Shown here in pieces: positions 9,328-20,671 of a stretch of DNA of 64,000 nucleotides. The stretch spans positions 354,792 through 418,791 of the forward strand of contig CAWDVO010000020.1 of assembly GCA_963805825.1 (NCBI GenBank). The letters are read 5' to 3'. The notes under the pieces were generated by a model. It had not been told where the DNA came from, did not search any database, and saw only the letters and a program-made list of their open reading frames with translations. Origin of the DNA: Candidatus Brocadiaceae bacterium. GTDB taxonomy: Bacteria > Planctomycetota > Brocadiia > SM23-32. The number at the start of each line of letters is the position of its first letter. The stretch's first letter is position 1. The position numbers and the translations under genes were made by a program.

Positions 9328-12102
9328 ATGCTTGTGGCTCGGGACGGCGGCGCATCGGCGCAAGGGCGGATAGCGTTCCCCGTGTCTGTCAGCGCGGACG
9401 GAAGGTACTTCGTCGATCGCACGGGCGCGCCCGTCTTCTGGCTCGGCACCACGCAGTGGGAGCTCTTCCGCGGCTACACGCTCGAGGAGGCCGGGACGAT
9501 CCTGGAGAGGTCGGCCGCCCACGGCTTCGCCTTCGCGCAGGTGATGCTGGCCGGCGTCGGCGACGGTACCGACCCGAACGTCTACGGTGCGAGCGCCTGG
9601 ATCGACGGCGACCCGCTCAGGCCGAACGAGGACTACTTCCGCCACGTCGACGCCGTCCTCCAGACCGCCGGCCAGCGCGGCATTGCCGTCGTGATGCTCA
9701 TCTACCATCAGCGCTACCGCGAGCACGTCACGGTCGAGAACGCGCGCGGATGGGCGGCGTGGGTGGCGCGGCGCTGCCGCGACGTGGACAACATCGTCTG
9801 GCTCGCCGCACCGGCGGCGGAGAAGGAGTACGTCCCGGTCCTGCGCGAGCTGGCGGCCGGGCTGCGCGAGGGCGACGACGGCCGGCACCTCACTACGCTG
9901 CTGCCCGACCCGTCGCCGTTCTCGTCCAGCTTCGTCCACAACGAGCCGTGGCTCGACTTCAACTCGATCCAGACCTGGCGGGACGTCCACCTCATCCGCC
10001 CGATGGTCACGCACGACTACGGCCTGCAGCCGGTCAAGCCGGTCGTGATGGCCGAGGGAGCCTACGAGGCGGGCACGGAATACAGCTTCGACGTGACGCC
10101 GCTCTGGGTGCGGCGGCAGGCGTATTACTCCTTCCTGTCCGGTGCGCACCACGCGTACGGCCACAACGATAGCTGGCGCGTGCTGCCGACGTGGCGGCAG
10201 GCGCTCGATGCGCCGGGCGCCGTCCAGATGGGCATCCTGAAGCGGACCTTCACCGCCCGGCGCGAGTGGTGGCGGCTCGAACCCGACCAGTCCGTCCTCG
10301 TTTCCGGCGGCTGCACCGAGGGCCGGCTCCAGCGCCTGGCAGCCCGCCAGCCCGACGGCCTCTGGGCCATGGTCTACCTGGCGGACGCGGCCGAGTTCTC
10401 CGTCGACATGGGCCGCCTCGCCGGCGACGAAGTGCGGGCGCTCTGGGTCGATCCGCGCACGGGCGACTCTCTGCCCGCCGGCAGCTTCCCGGCCAACGGG
10501 CAGCAGCCCTTCTCGACGCCGGAGGGCTGGGAGGACGCGCTGCTGGTGTTGGAGGCGGGCGTCGGCGAGGAGGAGGTGCCGCGCTTCGGCATGTTCGAGG
10601 CCGGCTTCAAGCAGGCGGGCGATTACGGCAACCCCTACCGCGAGCTGTGCGCCACGGCCACGCTGCGCCGCCCGGACGGCGGCGAATGGACGATCCCCCT
10701 CTTCTACGACGGCGGCCGGACTTGGCGGCTGCGCATCTCGCCGGACCTGGTCGGCCGCTGGTCCTACGAGGTGCGCTCGGCGGACGCCGGGCTCGACGGT
10801 CGGCGCGGCTCGTTCTGCTGCGTGGGGTCTGACCTGCGCGGCAGCTTCCGGCCGATGGCCGGCCACCCGCTGCACTTCGAGTATCAGGACGGCACGCCGG
10901 TCTGGTTCTTCGGCGACAAGGCGTGGCGCGTCCTGCAGACCGACCGCGCCAAGAAGCTCGACCACGCGAGCGCCATGCACCACGTGGACGTGCGCGCCAC
11001 CCAGGGCTTCAACTACGTGCACACCGAGCTGGCCGGCACGGGCGGGCTGACCTCGGGCGGCAACGAAGGCGGCGAGACGTTCCTGGACGTCGGCAGCGAG
11101 ATCATCAATCCGGCCTTCTTCCAGGAGGTGGACGCCCGCCTGCGCTACGTCAACGAGCGGGGCCTCGTCTTCGGCCTGGTCGTCCTCTACGCCCTGGGCG
11201 ATCCGTCCTGGCGCTCGCTGCCGGACCACGAGGCCCGCATGCGGTTCGCGCGTTACGCCGTGGCCCGCTACAGCGCTTTCGACGTGGTCTTCCTGGTGGC
11301 GGGCGAGTGGCAATACATGCCCGACGACGCCGAGTTCTTCCGCGCCGTCGGGCGGGAGATCCGCCGCACGGACCCCCACGGCCGCATGATCGGCATCCAT
11401 CCTGGTCCGGGGCGCTACATCTCGTCGCAGGAGTTCGCCGGCGACGACTGGATGAGCTTCGGCGAGTACGCGCAGGCCTACTTCGCCCCCGACACGGAGG
11501 AAGCGACCGAGGCCGACCGCGACCGGCTGCGCGCCTTCATCGTCGACGCGCGGCGCCACGGCAAGCCGGTCGTCGACGCCGAATACGCCTACTACCTGCG
11601 CGACCAGGACTTCGACGGCGTGGTCGACAAGCCGCGCTCGCACACGCGCACGTCCTTCCGCCGCGCCTCCTGGGTGATCCCGATGGGCGGCGGCTACTTC
11701 GTGACCGGCTTCGGCACCACCTACTACGGCGGCCGGCGCGAGGTCGGGCCGTTCTTCGTGGACGACCCGCGCCACGCCGACGCCGTCGCCGACCTGGACC
11801 GGCTGCACCGGTTCTTCACGGCGCTCGACTGGTGGCTGCTGGAGCCGCGCGACGAACTCGTCCGCGCGGACGGCGGCTACGCCTACTGCCTGGCGGATCC
11901 CGGCCGCACCTACGTCGTCTACGTCGCCGGCTCGGCCGGCGCGGAGCTCACGCTGCCCGGCGGCGACTTCAAGGTGCGGCGCTACGACCCGCGCACGGGC
12001 GAGTGGCACGACCTGCCCGGCCCCGCCGGCGGCGCTGCCCGGCTGGAGGCGCCCGACGCGCAGGACTGGGTATTCCTGGTGCAGGCGAGGATGAACCGAT
12101 GA
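9328..12102 (+). CDS. fused double GH140-like (DUF4038 + collagen-binding-like) enzyme; second module preceded by DUF5060-like domain
   Basis: Intact ORF; the track starts at GTG 9325, but ATG 9328 has better RBS spacing. Module 1: VSADGRYFVDRTGAPVFWLGTTQWELF ... ALWVDPRTGDSLPAG. Module 2: FGMFEAGFKQAGDYGNPYRE...WRLRISPDLVGRWSYEV (DUF5060-like), then DGTPVWFFGDKAWRVL ... KVRRYDPRTGEWHDLPG. No signal peptide is visible. Confidence 0.7.
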   Translation: MLVARDGGASAQGRIAFPVSVSADGRYFVDRTGAPVFWLGTTQWELFRGYTLEEAGTILERSAAHGFAFAQVMLAGVGDGTDPNVYGASAWIDGDPLRPNEDYFRHVDAVLQTAGQRGIAVVMLIYHQRYREHVTVENARGWAAWVARRCRDVDNIVWLAAPAAEKEYVPVLRELAAGLREGDDGRHLTTLLPDPSPFSSSFVHNEPWLDFNSIQTWRDVHLIRPMVTHDYGLQPVKPVVMAEGAYEAGTEYSFDVTPLWVRRQAYYSFLSGAHHAYGHNDSWRVLPTWRQALDAPGAVQMGILKRTFTARREWWRLEPDQSVLVSGGCTEGRLQRLAARQPDGLWAMVYLADAAEFSVDMGRLAGDEVRALWVDPRTGDSLPAGSFPANGQQPFSTPEGWEDALLVLEAGVGEEEVPRFGMFEAGFKQAGDYGNPYRELCATATLRRPDGGEWTIPLFYDGGRTWRLRISPDLVGRWSYEVRSADAGLDGRRGSFCCVGSDLRGSFRPMAGHPLHFEYQDGTPVWFFGDKAWRVLQTDRAKKLDHASAMHHVDVRATQGFNYVHTELAGTGGLTSGGNEGGETFLDVGSEIINPAFFQEVDARLRYVNERGLVFGLVVLYALGDPSWRSLPDHEARMRFARYAVARYSAFDVVFLVAGEWQYMPDDAEFFRAVGREIRRTDPHGRMIGIHPGPGRYISSQEFAGDDWMSFGEYAQAYFAPDTEEATEADRDRLRAFIVDARRHGKPVVDAEYAYYLRDQDFDGVVDKPRSHTRTSFRRASWVIPMGGGYFVTGFGTTYYGGRREVGPFFVDDPRHADAVADLDRLHRFFTALDWWLLEPRDELVRADGGYAYCLADPGRTYVVYVAGSAGAELTLPGGDFKVRRYDPRTGEWHDLPGPAGGAARLEAPDAQDWVFLVQARMNR

Positions 12103-13548
12103 CGGACGTCGATACGGTGCCGTCGTTCGCGGGCTACGCGCCTGCACAACGCGAGAAGCTGCGGGCGGTCGCCGGGTCGCCGGCCTGGCGGCGCATCCTC
12201 GCGCGGACGGACGTGCTGGCGGAGTGGAGGGCGCAGATGCGGACGCCGGCCGCCTCGCCCGGGCAGCAGGCCATGGCCGGCAACTACCTGAAGGCCCGCA
12301 ACGGCCCGCACGTGCGGGAGATGGTGCGCCGGGGCGTTCGCGACGAGGCGGCGCTGCTGGCCGCCCTCGGTGACTGGGAGAGCGCGCTCGCCGGCGACGA
12401 ACGCTTCCCCATCGCATTCCTCGGCCTGGTTGTCACGCTCGACTGCCACTTCCTGCCGCGCTGCCTCTACTGCAACCAGGCGTGGCTGCCGCGCGCGCTC
12501 ACCATCGAGGACTGGAAGGCCGTCCTGCGCGAGGCCGCCGAGCCGACGCCGCCCTACGTCTACCTGACCGGCGGCGAGCCGCTGATCCTCGGCTCCGAGG
12601 TCTGGGGCGACAACGGCCTGGTCGCCTTCGCCGCCGGCCTCGGCTGCGCGGTCAACATCAACACGAACGCCGCCCTCATCACACCGCAGGTCGCGCTCCA
12701 GTTGGTCAGGGTCGGCCTCGCCCGGCTCCACATCTCGCTGGACAGCGCCAACCCCGAGGTGCAGGCCGACCTCTTCCAGGGCGCCGCGCGCGTCGACGCC
12801 GTCTGGCGCGGCATCAACAACGTGCTGGTCGCGCGCGAGGTGCTCGGTGCCGACCACCCGCAGATACACGTCAACTGCGTGCTGACCGCCCGCAATCTCT
12901 TCGGTTTCCCCGACCTGCTGCGCGCGCTGCTGGACGTGCGCAAGCGACGCACCGAGGGCCATGCGGGCAAGGTGACGGGCGACCCGGCATTCCGCGACTT
13001 CGCCTTCCATCTCATCCCGGTCGGCGGCAGCGAGAACGCCCTGATCCGGCCGACGGCCGCCGAGTGGAAGCGCTTCTACACCGAGACCTGGGCCGAGGCG
13101 GAACGCATCTGGAGTGACTACCAGGCAGACCTGGGCGTGCCCGAGGCGGACCGCAAGACGCTGGCGCGCCACGTGCCGTTCGCCAGCCCCTACCTGCGCG
13201 CCGATCACCGCATGCGCCTGGACGAGTACCTGCTCGCTCGCCGCGAAGGGCAGCTACTGGCAGGGCGCGCTGACCGAGCGCTGCTACGTGGGGCCGACGC
13301 AGGCGTTTGTCCTGCCGGACGGGTGCGTGCATTGGTGCGGCGCCCACGCCATCCGCCGGCCGGCGCCGCTGGGCGACGTGCGAGAGTCGGGCCTGCGCGC
13401 CTGCATCCGCGCGAACCTGCCGCGCCTGCGCGAGTGCCCCAACGAGTCTTGCAGCAGCTGCGCCGGCGCGACCTGCGTCATCAACCAGGGCACGGAGCGC
13501 GCGCTCAAGGAACAGATCGCGCACTGGCTGAACGAGCGAGGAGACTGA
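12099..13548 (+). pseudogene. radical SAM enzyme with Cys-rich SPASM-like C-terminus (sulfatase-maturase-like); one frameshift near 13230
   Basis: ATG 12099 overlaps the upstream TGA (ATGA). The cluster motif is LDCHFLPRCLYCNQ (CX5CX2C), followed by GGEPL. After ...HRMRLDEY the frame shifts to ORF 13114..13548 (CSLAAKGSYWQG...CYVGPTQAFVLPDGCVHWCG...ECPNESCSSCAGATCVINQG). The stop lies 4 nt before the sulfatase start. Confidence 0.65.
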
Positions 13549-13552
13549 CGAG

Positions 13553-15080
13553 ATGCCGCGACCGAACATACTGCTCTGCCTGGCCGACGACGCGGGCATG
13601 CACATGGGCGCCTACGGCTGCACGTGGGTGAGCACGCCGGGCTTCGACCGCGTGGCCGCCGAGGGCGTCCTCTTCACGCAGGCATACACCTGCAACTCCA
13701 AGTGCGCGCCGTCGCGGGCCGCCATCCTGACCGGCCGGAACTCGTGGCAGTTGGAGGACGCCGGCAACCACATGGGCTTCTTCCCGGCGCGGTTCCGGAC
13801 CTACATGGAGGCGCTGATCCGGCACGGCTACCACGTCGGTTGCGCCGGCAAGGGCTGGGAGCCCGGCGACCCGGGCGAGGTGGACGGCCGGCCCCGCGAG
13901 CTGACCGGCCCCTTGTGGAACGAGCGGAAGCTCGAGCCGCCGACGCGCTGCATCTCGCCCTGCGACTACCCGGCGAACTTCGCTGACTTCCTCAACGCGC
14001 GGCCGGCCGGCGTCCCGTTCTGCTTCTGGCTCGGCACCAGGGAGCCGCACCGGCAGTATGAGTACGGGTCCGGCGCGCGGCTGGGCGGCCGCACCGTGGA
14101 CGACATCGACCGCGTGCCCGGCATCTGGCCGGACAACGAGGTCGTCCGCAACGACCTGCTCGACTACGCGTTCGAGGTGGAGCACTTCGACCGGCAGGTC
14201 CAGCGCGCGATCGACATCCTGGAGGAGCGCGGCGAACTGGACAACACACTGGTGGTCGTCAGCTCGGACAACGGGATGCCCTTCCCGCGCGCGAAGGGGC
14301 AGGAGTACCGAGTACAGTAACCACCTGCCGATGGCAGCGATGTGGCGCGGCGGCGGGGGGGCGGCGGGGCGCGTGGTCGACGACTACGTGAGCTTCATCG
14401 ACCTGGCGCCGACGTTCCTCGAGGTGGCGGGACTCAGCGCCGAGGACGCGGGCATGGAGCCCGTCACCGGCCGCAGCCTGGTGGGCATCCTGACGGCGGC
14501 CGAGGGCGGCGTGGTGGACGCATCGCGCGACCACGTGCTGATCGGCAAGGAACGCCACGACATCGGCCGGCCGCACGACGTCGGCTACCCGATTCGCGGC
14601 ATCTTCGAGGGCGGCTGGCTCTACCTGCGCAACTTCGAACCCGACCGCTGGCCGACCTGTAACCCGGAGACCGGCTACCTGAACTGCGACGGCGGCCCGA
14701 CGAAGACGGAGATCCTCAAGGCGCGCAAGGACCCGGAGCGGCGGCACTTCTGGGAGACCGCGTTCGGCAAGCGCCCGGCGGAGGAACTCTACCACGTCGC
14801 CGAGGACCCCGACTGCCTGCGCAACCTGGCCGACGACCCCGCCGAGGCGGCGCGCAAGGAGCGCATGCGGGCGCGCATGGAGCGGGAGCTGAAAGAGCAG
14901 GCCGACCCGCGCATGGAAGGGCGGGGCGACGTGTTCGACCGTTACCCCCTCTACCAGCCGCGCTGGACGGGCTACTACGAGCGCGCCATCGCGGAACGCC
15001 GGGCGGGCGAGACGAAGGTCCCCGGCTGGGTCTACCCGACCGACATCGAGCCGCTCGACGAGTTTCCGCCGGAGGAGTGA
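13553..15080 (+). pseudogene. Cys-type sulfatase (formylglycine motif CAPSR); one frameshift near 14300-14310
   Basis: [15 protein letters not shown]...[19 protein letters not shown]...[16 protein letters not shown] (ORF 13553..14320) continues as [12 protein letters not shown]... in ORF 14058..15080. The break sits at gagtacCgagtac, an indel in a C run. Confidence 0.8.
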
Positions 15081-15088
15081 CGCCGCCC

Positions 15089-17188
<2,100 letters not shown>

Positions 17189-17192
17189 GGCC

Positions 17193-17672
17193 TCACCCTC
17201 CCGCCCGGGCGGAGAGCTGCGCAGCGCGGCGCACCGCCTTGAGTATCTTGGGGTAGCCGCAGCAGCGGCAGAGGTTGCCGTTGAGGGCGGACAGTATCTC
17301 CTCGTCGGTGGGGTCGGGCGTGCGGCGCAGCAGGGCGACGGTGGTCAGGATCATGCCCGGCGTGCAGGAGCCGCACTGGAAGGCCCACTCGTCCAGGAAC
17401 GCCTGTTGGACGGGGTGCAGGGCGTCGCCTTCTGCGAGGCCCTCGATGGTGAGGACCTCCTTGCCGTCCGCGTCGGTGGCGGGCGTGATGCAGGAGCGGA
17501 CGGGCCGGCCGTCCAACAGCACGGTGCAGGCGCCGCATTGCCCCTCGCCGCAGCCGTACTTGGTGCCCGTCAGTTGCAGGTCCTCGCGCAGCAGGTCGAG
17601 CAGCAACCGTTCGCCGTCGACCGTGACCGTCCGTTTCCGTCCGTTCACCGTAAGGGTGATGGTCGCGTCCAT
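17193..17672 (-). CDS. (2Fe-2S)-binding small subunit of xanthine dehydrogenase/IorA family
   Basis: Intact 159-aa ORF. It has CGEGQCGACTV and QCGSCTPGMI...CRCCGY cysteine motifs for two [2Fe-2S] clusters. Confidence 0.9.
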   Translation of the reverse strand: MDATITLTVNGRKRTVTVDGERLLLDLLREDLQLTGTKYGCGEGQCGACTVLLDGRPVRSCITPATDADGKEVLTIEGLAEGDALHPVQQAFLDEWAFQCGSCTPGMILTTVALLRRTPDPTDEEILSALNGNLCRCCGYPKILKAVRRAAQLSARAGG

Positions 17673-17770
17673 GGCACGCCCTCCAGCCGAAGCCTTAGGG
17701 CCATTCTATACCGCGACCTGCGGGCGTCAAGCGTGGTGGGTGGGCCGGCGTTCGGCGGCGAGCAACCCGA

Positions 17771-18027
17771 GCTGCGGAGCAACGACAGGATAGAGCCTGG
17801 GGTGCAGGCCGTCCGCCCTATCGCGGAGGCCAAACCCCAGGTACTATGCGGTTTCTTCACGCGCCCTGTAGGGGCGCGACCGCCACGGTTGGCGGGTCGT
17901 GGGTCGCGCCCCTTCAGGGCGCATCGGGATGGCCTGTGGCTACCTGGGGTTTGTCCGTCCCGTCCGCCGTAGGCCCGGACGGAACGGCCTGTACCCCAGG
18001 CTATATCCTCGTCCGCCTCCGGCGGAC
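17771..18027. repeat. ~260-bp composite palindromic intergenic repeat, copy A (inverted relative to copies B and C)
   Basis: It contains the modules GCTGC-gga-GCAAC/GGATAGAGCCTGGGGTG, CAAACCCCAGGTA ... TACCTGGGGTTTG, GCGCCCTGTAGGGGCGCGAC ... GTCGCGCCCCTTCAGGGCGC, the 21-nt core (rc) GGGACGGACAAACCCCAGGTA, and the terminal hairpin GTCCGCCTCCGGCGGAC (18011-18027). Confidence 0.8.
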
Positions 18028-18104
18028 AGACACGGCGCAGCAAGAGTTGTCCATTGCAGCCGCCGGGAGGTATCGGTCAAGAGCGCCATTCGGCGCACGG
18101 CGAA

Positions 18105-18183
18105 CTTGTCCGGCCGTGCCCGCGCATCCACTCACACCGACTGGTACGCACGGCGGGACAAGCCCGCCGTGGCACACCGGGAC
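18105..18183. repeat. short palindromic repeat family 3 (CTTGYCCGGCCGTGCC ... GGRCAAGCCCGCNGTGGCAC), copy 1
   Basis: CTTGTCCGGCCGTGCCCGCG ... CGGCGGGACAAGCCCGCCGTGGCACACCGGGAC closely matches 35054-35146. It lies just downstream of the stop of 18200..19203 (-). Confidence 0.55.
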
Positions 18184-18199
18184 CGGGGTTGGCGTGGCG

Positions 18200-19203
18200 C
18201 TACTGCACCTTCACGATGCGTTCGGTCTTGACCGACTCGATCGCGGCGGCCAGCACCTTCTGGGCGGCCAGGCCGTCGGCGCCGGAGCCGTCGATGTCCT
18301 CGGGCGCGACGCCCGTCGTCGACCTGCTCCAGGAAGCGGTGGATGCGGTTGCGGAAGGTGTCGTCGAAGTCGCGCATGCCGCCGAAGACGGGGTTCGTGT
18401 AGACGCGTCTTCTCCAGGTTGCCGGCCGGGATAGAGCGTGGCCTCGCGCCACATGTCGTCGAGCGACGAAGCGGCCCGTCGGTGCCGGCCACCTCGCAGC
18501 GCTCCATCGGGTGGCCGCGCTCGATGTCGTAGCTGCCGGTCAGGCCGCCGACCACGCCGTTCTTGAAGCGCATGTTGAAGTGCGCGGTGGACCAGATGCT
18601 CGCGCCCCGGCGCCTTCGTGGCGAAGCACTGCACGGCCTCGATGTCGCCGCAGAAGTAGCGCATGACGTCCACCGTGTGCGGGTGCAGGGCCTTGAGCTG
18701 GAAGTAGGGCGAGCTCTCGCGCGGGTTCATGATCCACATGCGCCATGTTGATGAAGAGCAGGTGGCCGAGCCGGCCCTCGTCCACCCACTGCTTGGCCAG
18801 CCGCGCGGCCGGCGTGAAGCGGTGGTTGAGGTCGATGCCGTAGCAGCAGGCCCGTTCTCGCGCGCCGTCGCGACCATCTCCTCGGCCTGCGCGATCTCGT
18901 TGGAGATCGGCTTCTCGCCCAGCACGTGGCAGCCGGCCTCCAGCGCCTGCATGGTCGGCTCGTAGTGGTCGCTGCCGTACTCGTAGCCGCCGGTGGCCAC
19001 GCTGCAGATGTCGGGCTGCAGCGCGGCGAGCATCGTCGCGAGCGTCGTAGAACGCGGGCACGCCGAGCCGCGCCGCCGCGGCGTCGGCGCGCTCGCTGGT
19101 CGATGTCGCAGACGCCGACCAGCTCGGCCAGCTCGTCCGCCTGGTAGATGTCGGCGTGGCGGTTGCCGATCGGGCCCAGACCGATCACGCAGACTCTGAG
19201 CAT
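18200..19203 (-). pseudogene. Gfo/Idh/MocA family oxidoreductase, several frameshifts
   Basis: ATG 19203 (GGAGGG upstream) gives MLRVCVIGLGPIGNRHADIYQADELAELVGVCDID. Later segments EKPISNEIAQAEEMV, FKNGVVGGLTGSYD and ...AAAIESVKTERIVKVQ* lie in different minus frames (ORFs 18727..19413, 18540..19061, 18211..18573, 18132..18452, 18200..20638). It is a paralog of the intact 24297..25289. Confidence 0.7.
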
Positions 19204-20629
19204 GGTCCCTCCTCGGCATCCGTCCTTCGTCTGCGCGCCTTCGGCCTGCAGCTTCCGCGCGGCGCTTCGGGGTCGCCGATGTGCAGCGTGTCGTAGGCCT
19301 GCTCGGCTGGACTTGAACGGGCCGGGCCCTTCCTGCCGTGCCAGTCGAGGTTGGTGAACATCGGGTTGGTGCGGCCGGTCTCCTTCTCGCGCTGGGCGAT
19401 GCAGGCCTGCCATGCGCTCCTCCAGGCAGCGCGACCACGTCCGGCTCCTTCTTCGCCAGGTTGTCGTTCTCCTCCGGGTCGTCGATCAGGTTGTAGAGCT
19501 CGACCTCCGGCTTGAAGTGGAAGTCGGGCTCCAGCGCGAGGATCAGCTTCCACTCCGGCGTGCGCCAGCCGTGCTTGCGCATCCAGGTGCATTCGGTGAT
19601 GTAGAACTCCGGCTCGGCGTCGCGGCACTTCGCCGCTGCATCAGCGGCATCAGGCTCCGCCCGTCGAACTCGATGCTTCGTGCTGGATCGCCCAGATCCA
19701 GGAGCGTCGGCATCAGGTCCTTGTGCTGGCGTGTAGCCCGGCACGCGCAGGCCCGCCGGCACCTTCCCGGCATAGCGGAAGATCAGCGGCACGTGCAGGG
19801 TGCGGCTCGTAGATGCCGTGATGGTCGAAGTAGCAGTCGTGGTCGTAGAGCGTCTCGCCGTGGTCGCTGTTGATGACGACGATCGTGTCCTCGTCCAGCC
19901 CCAGCGCGCTACGAGCGGCGAAGATGTTCTGCGATGCAGGCGTCCATGTAGGCGACCGCGCCGTCGTACTGGGCGATGACGTAGTCCTTGTCCGTGACGC
20001 CCGGCGGCATCCAGGTGGCGAAGTAGTCGCAGAAGGGCTTGAAGGCGAAGACCGGCTCCATGGACTTGTTCGCCGGGTCGAACTCGTTGCCGTGCGTAGA
20101 ACATGCGCTCGAACGGCGCGGGCGGCAGGTAGGGCGAGTGCGGGTCCATGTGGCGCAGGAAGAGGAAGAACGGCTTGTCGCTCGCGGCCAGCCGCTTCAG
20201 CTCGGGCAGGGCGACGTCGTTGAGGTTCTCGGCCTTGTGGCTGCGGCCCTCCTCCCAGCTGCCCCAGCCGGCGAAGTCGAGGTAGTTGTCGAAGCCGCGC
20301 GAGGCGGGGTTGCCGTTGAAGCCGACGCAGGTGCTCTCGTAGCCCTGCTCGCGCAGGATCTCGGCCAGCGTCGGCACGCCCTCGGCCATCGGGCCCTTGT
20401 GGCGCAGCGCCACGATGTCCGTGCCGAAGCAGTCGCGGCCCGGTGAGCATGCGGCCGTAGCCGGAGGTGGTGGGGATGTGGGGGCTGAAGCACCGCTCGA
20501 AGGCGTGCCCTCTGCGGCGAAGTCGTCGATGTGGGGCGTGGTGAGGCGCTCGTAGCCGTAGAGGCTCATGTGGTCGGCGCGCAGGCTGTCGATGCCGATC
20601 AGGATCAGGTTCGGCTTCTTCTTGGCCAT
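19185..20629 (-). pseudogene. sulfatase-fold (alkaline phosphatase superfamily) protein A with Thr at the nucleophile position; many frameshifts, 3' end unresolved
   Basis: ATG 20629 gives MAKKKPNLILIGIDSLRADHMSLYGY, with AGGAG 9 nt upstream. Further segments are FSPHIPTTSGY..MLTG, FFLFLRHMDPHSPYLPPAPFERMFYA and ECTWMRKHGWRTPEWKLILALEPDFHFKPEVELYNLIDDPEENDNLA. The pieces are spread over ORFs 18200..20638, 19713..21338, 19185..19628 and 18727..19413. No clean stop occurs before the next gene's ATG; 19185 is the first stop in one candidate frame. Confidence 0.6.
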
Positions 20630-20671
20630 CTGTTGCATCTCCTGTAGGTGTCCGGAATGGGCGGCAAGGCG

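Noticed and set aside
9103-12417. 1104-aa minus-strand ORF; similar giants at 36849..40151 (+), 29197..32046 (+), 57321..59384 (+), 46496..48847 (-), 49826..52213 (-), 52259..53755 (-)
   Set aside because: All are antisense to genes with strong family motifs and translate to Arg/Gly/Ala/Asp-rich sequence. They arise from stop-codon scarcity in GC-rich DNA and are not real genes.
18200-20638. 812-aa ORF suggesting a sulfatase/oxidoreductase fusion protein, and absence of a stop between sulfatase-like A and the Gfo gene in one frame
   Set aside because: Only parts of this ORF match either family, and the remainder is out-of-frame filler. An RBS and ATG (19203) mark an independent Gfo start. 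The block is riddled with indels, so the missing stop is most simply an artefact.
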